Shown in pieces: positions 1 through 8,928 of a DNA stretch of 64,000 bases (positions are counted from its first letter, which is position 1; each line of letters opens with the position of its first letter). This stretch comes from an uncultured virus (IMG/VR IMGVR_UViG_3300025653_003319) (Duplodnaviria > Heunggongvirae > Uroviricota > Caudoviricetes). The stretch is taken from IMG/VR virus record IMGVR_UViG_3300025653_003319, one strand, 5' to 3'. The notes beneath the pieces were generated by a model, which was given only the letters and a program-made list of their open reading frames with translations, made no database searches and was not told the DNA's origin. Both the position numbers and the translations under genes were made by a program.

Positions 1-81
1 GAACATAATAGACAACTGTTCTTTAATGCAAAAACCTGTGCTAGAATTTACGATAAATTAATAGATGACATTTTAAAATAG
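1..81 (+). CDS. 3' end of an upstream ORF (partial)
   Basis: Frame 1 is open from the window edge (EHNRQLFFNAKTCARIYDKLIDDILK) to TAG at 79-81. Confidence 0.5.
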   Translation, partial: EHNRQLFFNAKTCARIYDKLIDDILK

Positions 82-90
82 CATAAATAC
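82..90 (+). promoter_or_regulatory. Late-promoter-like motif CATAAATAC
   Basis: TAAATA at 84-89, 5 nt before ATG 95; resembles the T4 late promoter TATAAATA; a gp55-like sigma is encoded in the window. Confidence 0.6.
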
Positions 91-94
91 TGTT

Positions 95-271
95 ATGAAC
101 GACTACAAGAAAACACAGAAAGAACTCACAGAACTTAATCATGACGGCAATGAGGATCGAGACGAACACGGTAACGATACTTCGGAACAGTCAAAACTGA
201 CAGAGAAAGAAAAACTTATACAAAAGAAGTTAGAAGAATTGAGAAAAAGAGACCCTTTTATTTACAGATAA
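95..271 (+). CDS. 58-aa small charged protein, not in the ORF track
   Basis: ATG 95 to TAA 269-271: MNDYKKTQKELTELNHDGNEDRDEHGNDTSEQSKLTEKEKLIQKKLEELRKRDPFIYR; fills the gap and ends 4 nt before the carbamoyltransferase. Confidence 0.75.
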   Translation: MNDYKKTQKELTELNHDGNEDRDEHGNDTSEQSKLTEKEKLIQKKLEELRKRDPFIYR

Positions 272-275
272 TAAA

Positions 276-1814
276 ATGCGTATTCTCGGTTTAAGTTTTT
301 TATTTCATGATGCCGCCGCCACCGTTGTAGAAGATGGCGAAATTCTGTATGCTTCACATTCCGAAAGATACAGCAAATTCAAAAACGACCCATACTTAAA
401 TCACGATATGATTGCTGACTGCTTAAAGTTTGGCAAGCCAGATGTAATTGTATTACACGAAAAACCATGGGCAAAAAAACTAAGAAATATATATGCAGGT
501 AATTGGAGAGCATTACTAGAACCAACAATGAAATCATGGATCAAAGATTTTTTCCCAGAGTTACATGGCATTCCAATTAAAACTTACTGGCATCACGAAA
601 CACATGCCGCCGCTGGTGTATTAACTAGTGACTTTGATGAGTGTGCTGTGATATGTATTGATGCTATAGGCGAATTCGATACTGCAACTACATGGCAATG
701 GAAGAAAGGTAATCTTAAGAAAATACACAGCACAAAATTTCCTAGCAGTCTAGGATTATTTTATAGTGCTATGACGGCCCATGTTGGTCTGAAACCAATG
801 GAAGACGAATATGTTTTAATGGGCATGGCCGCATACGGTAAACCCATTTATGAAACTGCTATGCATCAAGAATTTTTTGTAGATGCTGATTGTAACGAAC
901 CAGCAAATGTTATTGAAATGACAAAAAATTTGCAAAAGGGTGTGCCTGCTAATTATTTAGGCAGAGACAAATGTGCATTAATTGATGAATGGGGACATCA
1001 CAGTTTAGATTACGACATAGCCGCAAGTGCTCAGGCTGTAGCAGAAAAAAGAATATTCGAATATGCCAGACATGCCCTTGTAATGACAAATAGTAATAAC
1101 TTAGTGTTTATGGGCGGATGTGCGTTAAACTGTGTTGCTAATGGAAATTTACTTAAACTGTTTGGTAATGTACACATAATGCCTAACCCAGGTGATGCTG
1201 GAAGTAGTTTAGGTGCCGCGGCATTACATTACTACAACGAAACTAAAAAGAAAGTAAATTGGACTGGTGCATATTTAGGTAATAGTATTAGAGGCGATTA
1301 CCCTATTAAGAAATCATTAGCAAGTCTACTTAAAGGTGAAATATTTGGTATTGCTAATGGCCCTGCAGAGTTTGGCCCAAGAGCATTGGGTAACAGAACT
1401 TTGTGTGCTGACCCACGTGGTAATAAAATAAAAGACAAAGTAAACAAAATAAAACGTAGACAAGAGTTTAGACCTTTTGCACCAATTATATTAGAAGAGC
1501 ATGTACACGAATATTTTGAAATGCCAGGGCATATTAGTAATGCTCCTTATATGCAATTTGTTGCAAAATGCAAAAAGCCAAAAGAATTTCCAGCAATAGT
1601 CCATGCAGATGGTACAAGTCGAGTGCAAACAGTTAATGAATCTGAACACCCAGACTTGTATGAACTAATGACACAATTTTATAACGAGACAGGTTGCCCA
1701 ATGATACTGAATACTAGTTTAAATATCAAAGGCATGCCTATAGTCAATGATGAGAACGATGCCGCAGACTTCGAAGAAAAATATAACGTCCCAGTCCACA
1801 CTAAGGACGATTAA
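276..1814 (+). CDS. O-carbamoyltransferase, NodU/CmcH/TobZ family
   Basis: Motifs HDAAA, HHETHAA, IDAIGE, SLGLFYS, MGMAAYG, GGCALN, GDAGSSLGAA, EFGPRALGNR, RPFAP, HADGTSRVQTV, LNTSLN. Confidence 0.95.
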   Translation: MRILGLSFLFHDAAATVVEDGEILYASHSERYSKFKNDPYLNHDMIADCLKFGKPDVIVLHEKPWAKKLRNIYAGNWRALLEPTMKSWIKDFFPELHGIPIKTYWHHETHAAAGVLTSDFDECAVICIDAIGEFDTATTWQWKKGNLKKIHSTKFPSSLGLFYSAMTAHVGLKPMEDEYVLMGMAAYGKPIYETAMHQEFFVDADCNEPANVIEMTKNLQKGVPANYLGRDKCALIDEWGHHSLDYDIAASAQAVAEKRIFEYARHALVMTNSNNLVFMGGCALNCVANGNLLKLFGNVHIMPNPGDAGSSLGAAALHYYNETKKKVNWTGAYLGNSIRGDYPIKKSLASLLKGEIFGIANGPAEFGPRALGNRTLCADPRGNKIKDKVNKIKRRQEFRPFAPIILEEHVHEYFEMPGHISNAPYMQFVAKCKKPKEFPAIVHADGTSRVQTVNESEHPDLYELMTQFYNETGCPMILNTSLNIKGMPIVNDENDAADFEEKYNVPVHTKDD

Positions 1815-1995
1815 GAAAAAGTTACAAGGTAAGTGTACTACCTGTGGTGGAACTTTGCCGGATCATATTGGTGTATGTCCTGTATGGGGTAAACAATTAC
1901 AAGATCGTTATAACAAGATAAATGTTGAAGTACAGCATATTAGCACATTAGTACAAACAGTAGTAGACAACTTAGAAGCAGAAAGAAATGTATGA
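1747..1995 (+). CDS. Small putative zinc-binding protein (start may be 1759)
   Basis: CTTCGGTLPDHIGVC (CxxC-x6-H-x3-C) followed by a helical tail; overlaps both neighbours. Confidence 0.55.
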   Translation: MMRTMPQTSKKNITSQSTLRTIKKKLQGKCTTCGGTLPDHIGVCPVWGKQLQDRYNKINVEVQHISTLVQTVVDNLEAERNV

Positions 1996-4900
1996 TATTT
2001 TTTACATAGGTGAAAACCAAAGTCTCAAAGATAATTTTCCATTTGCAAGGAAAGTAGATGACATTGACTTAAAAAAGATATCAAAAATTTCTAAAACAAA
2101 ATTATTTTTTATAGTAGAAAATAACATAGAAGTAACAGACTATGAAGTATTTAGATATGTTCCTTCACACTACACTGAAAACTTTATTCACAAGTGGAAG
2201 TGGGACAGTAACAACTATGGCGGTGTATCGCTATATCCAACAAATTATGAAAATACAGATACATCATATATAAACGAAATTGTGTGCAAAAAGAGTTTTG
2301 ATATTTTATATCAGGCAGAACCAAAAGACTATTTTAATAATAACAATCTTTCATCGCATGTATGGTGTGTTGACCCAGAATATAAACTTAATAACGATAT
2401 TAACTGGGCACCTGGTAATTTTGAACCAGACTTTATACACAGTTTTCACCTGCGTGGACAATTAGAGCATAAGTACCCTGCTCAAGAAGGAGGCATAAAA
2501 TTATTTCCTAGAGAATGGTTAACAGCCAATACAAAATATCACAGTTACTTAGATGCTAGTGTTGAATACCCTGTTATCTTTGTTAAAGATATTAATGACT
2601 ACTCGCAACGTAATACTTTTAAAGAAGACTATGTGTGGCTAGTAGACAGCAAACACAAAGTTAATTTAAAAACATTTGATTGGGTACCAAGTCCGTTTGA
2701 TGACGACATGATACATACTTTTAGGATGCCGTATCAACTAACAGAAACATATCCATTAGCAATGGGAGGTGTCAGACTGGTACCTCAAAAATGGGAATCA
2801 GCAGAAACAAAGATTCATCCTGCATGTCCTATAGAAGACGAACAGTATGATGTGTTTTATATAGATGAAGACGAATTCACTTCTGAAACATATAGCGAAT
2901 ATGCTGAACGTAGTAAAACCGAGTGGTTTTGGATAGTTGATAGAGAATTTGATTTTAATGGTAAGTTATTGTTTGTGCCTGCAGAATATGAACAAGAATA
3001 TATACATGTTTTCAAAATACCAGGATATTTAGAAGAAAGATACCCTGCAGATTTTGAAGACCCATGGGATAACAGATGCGGCGGTATTAGGCTAGTCCAT
3101 AAAGATTTTGATATAACTAAACACAAATATCAAAACAACATTTGCCCTATTCGTTACGATGTATTTTACACAAATAACTTAGGCGACTATGAAACTTATG
3201 CTCGTAAAAGTAGAACTAAAATGTTCTGGCTTATTGATGATGAGCACGAGGTAGACAATGTGTTTAATTATGTTCCGCATAGATATGATCAAAAAACTAT
3301 ACACATTTTTAAGATACCAAATCAATTAACACACAAATATCCTAAAGCAGTAACAAATGTAAGCGACAATAGGTGCGGTGGAGTAAAACTTGTACCGGTA
3401 AAATATGATGTTGATAATATAAAATATATCGATCATTCACCTACAGGATATAAGCAATACCCTATTTTGTATGTAGAGGACACATCAGATTATAATATAG
3501 TAACCCAAGACTGTTGGATAATAGACAAAGAATATCAATTTGATGACGAAGTAGATTGGACTCCACCTGACTTTCAAAAGAATATGATTCATACATTTCA
3601 TTTAAGTAATCAATTAAAGCATAAGTATCCAGAAAAAATGGGTGGTATACGTTGGGTGCCTAAATTATGGAAGGACGCCGAAATAGTTATTCATAACATA
3701 GCACCATTTAAAGATTTAGATTTTGAAAAGTTTACCAACGAAGATGAAGGTAGAGAAAAATGCAAGAATAATTGGTTTTGGGTAATTGACCCAGACGTAG
3801 ATGTAGTAGAAGATTTTGATTTTGATTTTGTGCCTGATACATGGGACGAAGGAAAACAACATGTGTGGCAAAAACTAAATCCTATTACAGGCAAGCAATA
3901 CGATTATGGCGGTGTAAGTTTATGTCCCAAAGAGCCACAAACAAAAGGCAGACCAAAATATATTAGAAAAATTTGTAGCACACAAAAAGAGTATCCTGTT
4001 TACACAATGACATCAAAAGATGTCAAAGACGGTGTAGCAGAGTTTTATAAAAAATGTGCAGAAAAAACACAAACAAAAATGTTTTGGGTAGTAGACTATT
4101 GTGTACAAATCTGTGAGTCGTTCGACTTTAGTTACTACCCAACTCAGTGGGATATTAAAAACGTTCATGTGTGGCAAAATGAAAATGGTGATCACACAGA
4201 TGTTAGACTATGTCCTACTGCTTTATTTTTAGATAACAGTTTTACTGAAAAAGAAATAGTCAACAATACATTTGATGACTTAAAATTAATGCCTAAACAG
4301 GCCAGTGAAATGCCAGAATGGAATGTGTACACATTTAATAATACGCCACTTAAACAACAATTAATTGACTTTGCTGAGCAAGATAATAATGCATACTTTT
4401 GGACAGTTGACAGTAATGTAGATACATATGATAACTGGAATGCTAAGTTTAAACCTTCTGTAGAGAATGCTGATAAACTACATGTATGGCAAAAACTAAA
4501 CCCAAGAACAGGCAAGGTACATGCATACGGCGGCGTAAGGCTGTGGCCAAACCCCCTATTAGACGTATTTAAAACGTCTTACAGCAGTGATGATATCAAG
4601 TATAGTAAAACATCAAGGGGTAAGTTACAATACGTTAAAGACGCTCTAAGTGTGTCTAAACCATACGATATAGTGTTCCTATCCTACAAAGAAGCGGGGT
4701 CTACAACTGCATATGAGCGTCTTACAGCAAGGTTTGATGCAACCTGGGTCAAAGACATTAAAGGCATATTTAATGCACACAAAGAAGCGGCAAATAGGGT
4801 TAAAAGCGATATGTTCTGGGTAGTAGATGCTGATGCTGATATTAGTGAGGACTTTGATTTTAGTTATATACCCGATGTTTATGACGAGGAAGTAGTACAT

Positions 4901-5323
4901 GTATGGGCAAGTAAAAATCCTGTAACAGGTGAAGAATACGGTTATGGCGGTGTTAAATTGTTTAACAGGCAACAAATACTAGATGCTACTAGTTGGGGAT
5001 TAGACTTTACCACAGGACTTAGTAAACGTTTTAAAGCAATGCCTGAAATAAGTTGTACAACTAGATTTAATACAGATGCGTTTAGTACATGGCGTAGTGC
5101 TTTTAGAGAATGTGTTAAATTAACACTTAGTAATGATCCTGACAGTGAGAAACGTTTAGAATCTTGGTTACATCCTATACCTGATGCTGACTTTAGACAT
5201 GATGCCAAACGAGGAGCAGAAGAAGGTAAAGCATTCGCTTTAGCAAATAAGGATAACTTAGAACAATTAAATAATATTAACGATTACGACTGGTTAAATG
5301 AACAATACAATAAATCTAAATAG
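1988..5323 (+). CDS. 1111-aa protein of about ten tandem glycosyltransferase (GT-A)-like repeats
   Basis: Repeating Y(D/P)(I/V)..W(I/V)(V/I)D..P..H.(F/W)..GG(V/I).L units; the last unit has YDIVFLSY, AHKEAA, WVVDADA (DxD), WRSAFRECVKL. Confidence 0.75.
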   Translation: MYDIFYIGENQSLKDNFPFARKVDDIDLKKISKISKTKLFFIVENNIEVTDYEVFRYVPSHYTENFIHKWKWDSNNYGGVSLYPTNYENTDTSYINEIVCKKSFDILYQAEPKDYFNNNNLSSHVWCVDPEYKLNNDINWAPGNFEPDFIHSFHLRGQLEHKYPAQEGGIKLFPREWLTANTKYHSYLDASVEYPVIFVKDINDYSQRNTFKEDYVWLVDSKHKVNLKTFDWVPSPFDDDMIHTFRMPYQLTETYPLAMGGVRLVPQKWESAETKIHPACPIEDEQYDVFYIDEDEFTSETYSEYAERSKTEWFWIVDREFDFNGKLLFVPAEYEQEYIHVFKIPGYLEERYPADFEDPWDNRCGGIRLVHKDFDITKHKYQNNICPIRYDVFYTNNLGDYETYARKSRTKMFWLIDDEHEVDNVFNYVPHRYDQKTIHIFKIPNQLTHKYPKAVTNVSDNRCGGVKLVPVKYDVDNIKYIDHSPTGYKQYPILYVEDTSDYNIVTQDCWIIDKEYQFDDEVDWTPPDFQKNMIHTFHLSNQLKHKYPEKMGGIRWVPKLWKDAEIVIHNIAPFKDLDFEKFTNEDEGREKCKNNWFWVIDPDVDVVEDFDFDFVPDTWDEGKQHVWQKLNPITGKQYDYGGVSLCPKEPQTKGRPKYIRKICSTQKEYPVYTMTSKDVKDGVAEFYKKCAEKTQTKMFWVVDYCVQICESFDFSYYPTQWDIKNVHVWQNENGDHTDVRLCPTALFLDNSFTEKEIVNNTFDDLKLMPKQASEMPEWNVYTFNNTPLKQQLIDFAEQDNNAYFWTVDSNVDTYDNWNAKFKPSVENADKLHVWQKLNPRTGKVHAYGGVRLWPNPLLDVFKTSYSSDDIKYSKTSRGKLQYVKDALSVSKPYDIVFLSYKEAGSTTAYERLTARFDATWVKDIKGIFNAHKEAANRVKSDMFWVVDADADISEDFDFSYIPDVYDEEVVHVWASKNPVTGEEYGYGGVKLFNRQQILDATSWGLDFTTGLSKRFKAMPEISCTTRFNTDAFSTWRSAFRECVKLTLSNDPDSEKRLESWLHPIPDADFRHDAKRGAEEGKAFALANKDNLEQLNNINDYDWLNEQYNKSK

Positions 5324-5978
5324 TTGGGAGCAAGTAACAAAGTACATTGATAATGGCTTTTGGAAACCTTCCCCTAGTTGGTTTGAGCATATCATACAGC
5401 ATCAGGGTGTTTATCCACGTGATGCTTTTAGCAAAGGCCAGTTAGCAAGTAAGACTTGGTTACTAGGTGAACTTTATAAAGTTACTCCATTACCAAGTAA
5501 TATGACAGTTGCTATTTTAGGTTGCTGGATAGGTACTTTGGTTGAACCATTACATAAGGCATTAACCATAGAACGTATATATGGTATCGACATAGACCCA
5601 CAAGCAATAGAACTATCAGAAAAACTCAATCAAAGATATGTCGAAAATTCGTGGAAATATAAAGGTGTGGTGGCAGACATGTCGATGCTGTCGACACATA
5701 ACATGGAATTCACTACAGGCGGAGAACTAATTAGAGTCAAACCCGATTGTATTATTAATACCAGTTGCGAACACATGGATAACGAATGGTTCGACTCGGC
5801 AGACGATGATCAATTAATTGTTATGCAAACTAACAATAGCGAAGATTTCGAAGGGCATATTAATATATGCGATAGCATAGACGACATGAAAGCAAAATAT
5901 CCATTATCAAAAACACATTTTATAGGGCAGTTAATTACACCTGCTTATACAAGATTTATGCAAATAGGTTACAAATAG
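5298..5978 (+). CDS. Class I SAM-dependent methyltransferase
   Basis: VAILGCWIG motif I, YGIDID acidic motif, VVADM, IINTSCEHM. Confidence 0.8.
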   Translation: MNNTINLNSWEQVTKYIDNGFWKPSPSWFEHIIQHQGVYPRDAFSKGQLASKTWLLGELYKVTPLPSNMTVAILGCWIGTLVEPLHKALTIERIYGIDIDPQAIELSEKLNQRYVENSWKYKGVVADMSMLSTHNMEFTTGGELIRVKPDCIINTSCEHMDNEWFDSADDDQLIVMQTNNSEDFEGHINICDSIDDMKAKYPLSKTHFIGQLITPAYTRFMQIGYK

Positions 5979-5979
5979 G

Positions 5980-6008
5980 TTGACAAACGCCTTAAAATTT
6001 ACTATAAT
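5980..6008 (+). promoter_or_regulatory. Consensus sigma70 promoter
   Basis: TTGACA 5980-5985, 17-nt spacer, TATAAT 6003-6008; AGGAG RBS at 6029-6033. Confidence 0.85.
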
Positions 6009-6042
6009 ATAAGAGTAATAAAAATTGTAGGAGATTTTATTT

Positions 6043-6222
6043 ATGTTTGAATTTTTCATTTTTTTACTTATAGGCACATTTTTATACTTTGGCGGTGTTC
6101 AAGGTGTTATAGGTCTAATTAGTGGATTATTTAATCTTGTAATTAATATTGCGTATTGGATTCCTGTTATTGTTGGAATACTGTTTTGTTACGGAATTTA
6201 CTGGATTACTTACATATACTAA
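6043..6222 (+). CDS. 59-aa very hydrophobic membrane protein, not in the ORF track
   Basis: MFEFFIFLLIGTFLYFGGVQGVIGLISGLFNLVINIAYWIPVIVGILFCYGIYWITYIY; has its own promoter and RBS; its stop abuts the convergent gene. Confidence 0.8.
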   Translation: MFEFFIFLLIGTFLYFGGVQGVIGLISGLFNLVINIAYWIPVIVGILFCYGIYWITYIY

Positions 6223-7641
6223 TCATCGTTGATTGTGTTTAGGGTCCGGCCTATTCCACCAACTCCATAATTCAGGATGTTGGCTGTAAATATCATTTAT
6301 AGTTAAACGACCATCTTGACCATCTTTTCTTATTGATTGAATAATTTGCTGATATTTACGACCATTAAAGAATTGATCGTTTGCTGTGTCAGGCCATTGC
6401 TCTTGGAATGTAGGTGATTCTAGTAATCCTTCTAGTTCGCGTATAAGTGTTTGTTGCTTTTCAGTTACTCTTGGTCTACAGTAATCTAATAAGTCATTTA
6501 CTATTTCATCGAGTATGTGTCTAGGCCATGCCATGGGCGATAATACTATATCGGCATGAAAGGCAAACATACGTTTTGTTTCTATTTTAACATCAAGTTC
6601 TAATGCATAATCTAAAAAGTTTTTAATATCAAATAAACCTGGACCAGTTATAGTTAAGTCCATAATCATTTTATCATGTCCGCCGGGTAGTTCAACACCT
6701 TCTCTAAAGTTTCTATCCCACTCTTCCCAATTAAGACCTGTCCTAATAAACTCACCTATAGGTCCAGTGCCGTCTATACTTGCACACATAGTCCAATCTT
6801 TTGCTTGTGGTAACCAATCGTACAAGTAATAATCTTTATATCTAACTCTGCTTAGATTACTGTTATATCTTAAATGTACTTTGTGTAGATTATTATCTGC
6901 TTGTAGTCTATCCATTGACTTCCAGTGTATGTCATACATCAGTGGCTCACCACCAACCCAATATAATTCTTCAACTGTACCTGATTTAATATATTCCCAA
7001 AATTCTTCTTCGACTACTTCCTTTTGAAACTTCTCGATAATCTTCTTGTTCTCAGGAACCATAAACGGTTGTTGCTCAGGTGTCCAAAGGTCGTGTTTCC
7101 TTTTTTCTGTCTCCCAACTGCTACTGAGTTGTTCGCCACACATACGGCATTTAAAATTGCATAAATTACTATACCTATAATCAAAAGATATAGGTTCCAT
7201 TGTAGTTCTTCCATCTTCGTCTGTCTCCTCAAAGCATTGGTCTATTTTATCATTGAATAAAAAGCCTGTAAACCATTGACGATATGTGCTGTTACTTAAT
7301 AAACTGTCGTTGCATACATCACATTGTGGTATTTTTTCTCCTGCCATAAGTTTTTTTCTTATGTCCATCATATATGGTGAGTTCCAATGTTCTTTTAAAC
7401 TTACAGGGTTGTAGTCAGCAATAGTTCCTGACTCTTTTACTTCTCCGTACTTTTCGTCATTACTAGCATCAATGTATTGCTTTTGGAATTGATGCTCTTC
7501 CCTACTAGCACAACACATACGTCTTTCGCTTTGCGGCGAAATATATGTATGAGTCCACGGAGCAGTACAAAACACCTTGTTAGGCGATTCTGGACTTACT
7601 GAACCATGCTCCCATATGGGTTTAATTTTACTCATATTCAA
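6223..7641 (-). CDS. Radical SAM enzyme with N-terminal Twitch/SPASM-like domain
   Basis: FCTAPW..RMCC..WNS..CDVC precedes CNFKCRMC (CxxxCxxC) and GGEP. Confidence 0.9.
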   Translation of the reverse strand: MNMSKIKPIWEHGSVSPESPNKVFCTAPWTHTYISPQSERRMCCASREEHQFQKQYIDASNDEKYGEVKESGTIADYNPVSLKEHWNSPYMMDIRKKLMAGEKIPQCDVCNDSLLSNSTYRQWFTGFLFNDKIDQCFEETDEDGRTTMEPISFDYRYSNLCNFKCRMCGEQLSSSWETEKRKHDLWTPEQQPFMVPENKKIIEKFQKEVVEEEFWEYIKSGTVEELYWVGGEPLMYDIHWKSMDRLQADNNLHKVHLRYNSNLSRVRYKDYYLYDWLPQAKDWTMCASIDGTGPIGEFIRTGLNWEEWDRNFREGVELPGGHDKMIMDLTITGPGLFDIKNFLDYALELDVKIETKRMFAFHADIVLSPMAWPRHILDEIVNDLLDYCRPRVTEKQQTLIRELEGLLESPTFQEQWPDTANDQFFNGRKYQQIIQSIRKDGQDGRLTINDIYSQHPELWSWWNRPDPKHNQR

Positions 7642-8266
7642 ATCCTATGTGTATTGTATCTCTATGGTTGTTTATAGGAAAGTTTATTCTATGTAATTGT
7701 CTTGCTTTAAAAATTACAGCAGTACCACTTGTACCATTAAAAAATTTTCCTTGTATTTGGTTTACATGTTTATATTTATTTTTAAGTTCGCTATACGAAT
7801 CATCATTTATGTATGTAAGATCTTCCTCCATACAAACTGCACCGCTTTCTTTATTTACATTGTTTAAGTATATAATCATTTTAATTCTATTTTCTGGTTG
7901 GTATGTATCAGCATGCCAAAATAAAGATGGCCAACCATTAGACAACTTTTGCTTTAATTCTGATTCGTCAAACTCTACATCTGGTATTCTAGAGTTCCAT
8001 AAATAAGAATTTGTCATTTCTCCTATAGGGTGCATTCGCTCTAATCTAAATTCTTTTATATTCATTCCTACCCACTCTGCAATATGTTTATATTCTTCTG
8101 TGGATTGCAGTTGACCATCACCACTGTATAAGTCAATCGCTGGTTGGTCATCAAAATATAATTCAGTTGGCAATGTTTGGCTGTGATATATTTTATATAA
8201 TTGTAGTAAAACAGAAGGCGGAACTTCTTTAACTAATACTTCTCCTTTGTTTGGCACATCAATCAT
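7628..8266 (-). CDS. 2OG-Fe(II) oxygenase-like protein
   Basis: WHAD (HxD), KMIIYLNNV, GTAVIF, LHR, and a distal R in HRDTI. Confidence 0.75.
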   Translation of the reverse strand: MIDVPNKGEVLVKEVPPSVLLQLYKIYHSQTLPTELYFDDQPAIDLYSGDGQLQSTEEYKHIAEWVGMNIKEFRLERMHPIGEMTNSYLWNSRIPDVEFDESELKQKLSNGWPSLFWHADTYQPENRIKMIIYLNNVNKESGAVCMEEDLTYINDDSYSELKNKYKHVNQIQGKFFNGTSGTAVIFKARQLHRINFPINNHRDTIHIGFEYE

Positions 8267-8928
8267 AATAAATCTTTTAAAGGCACAACTACATTTTTTA
8301 TTTTATCCCCTCGCTCATTTGCATTATCATCTGCCTCTTGTAGCACTTGTTCATATGTGCTAATATTATATCCTGTACTTATACGCATAGCATCTTGTGG
8401 ATTTGGTGTTGCCCAATGTAGTAAATGTGCAGGCATAAATGTAAAGTGCCCATCAAAATTATCTAAGCCTACTACTTCGTTTATATCTTTATCTGGTTGA
8501 TAATATGTAGTAGTGCCTGTATCCTTAATTACATAATAACCATGCCAAACACCATAATGTCTGTGTGCAATAATTTGTTGACCTTTAGGCCAAACATTTA
8601 TCCAACTTTTAAAATAATACTTGTTGTAATCAGTGTCTCCAACCATTTCTAAGCATTCCTTAATATATGGAAATAAAAACTTTAATTGCGGGAAAACTTC
8701 TATACAAGTATACTCATGATAACTCGCCCAGTCAAAACTAGGATAATTGTAATCTAATTCGCTAGTGGTATCTGCATGTGGATATATTTCAAAACGTCTA
8801 GCAACAATGTCTTGGTAAATTTCTCGTAGGTCACTGGGTATTATTTTACCATCTATTAATACTTCGTTACCTATTGACTTTTTCTCAAGTTGGTAATCTA
8901 CCGTTCTATTGTCCACCAAGTCCATCAC
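8263..8928 (-). CDS. Putative 2OG-Fe(II) oxygenase (HxH type)
   Basis: KSWINV, AHRH, GYYVI, FMPAHLLH, RISTGYN. Confidence 0.7.
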   Translation of the reverse strand: MMDLVDNRTVDYQLEKKSIGNEVLIDGKIIPSDLREIYQDIVARRFEIYPHADTTSELDYNYPSFDWASYHEYTCIEVFPQLKFLFPYIKECLEMVGDTDYNKYYFKSWINVWPKGQQIIAHRHYGVWHGYYVIKDTGTTTYYQPDKDINEVVGLDNFDGHFTFMPAHLLHWATPNPQDAMRISTGYNISTYEQVLQEADDNANERGDKIKNVVVPLKDLL

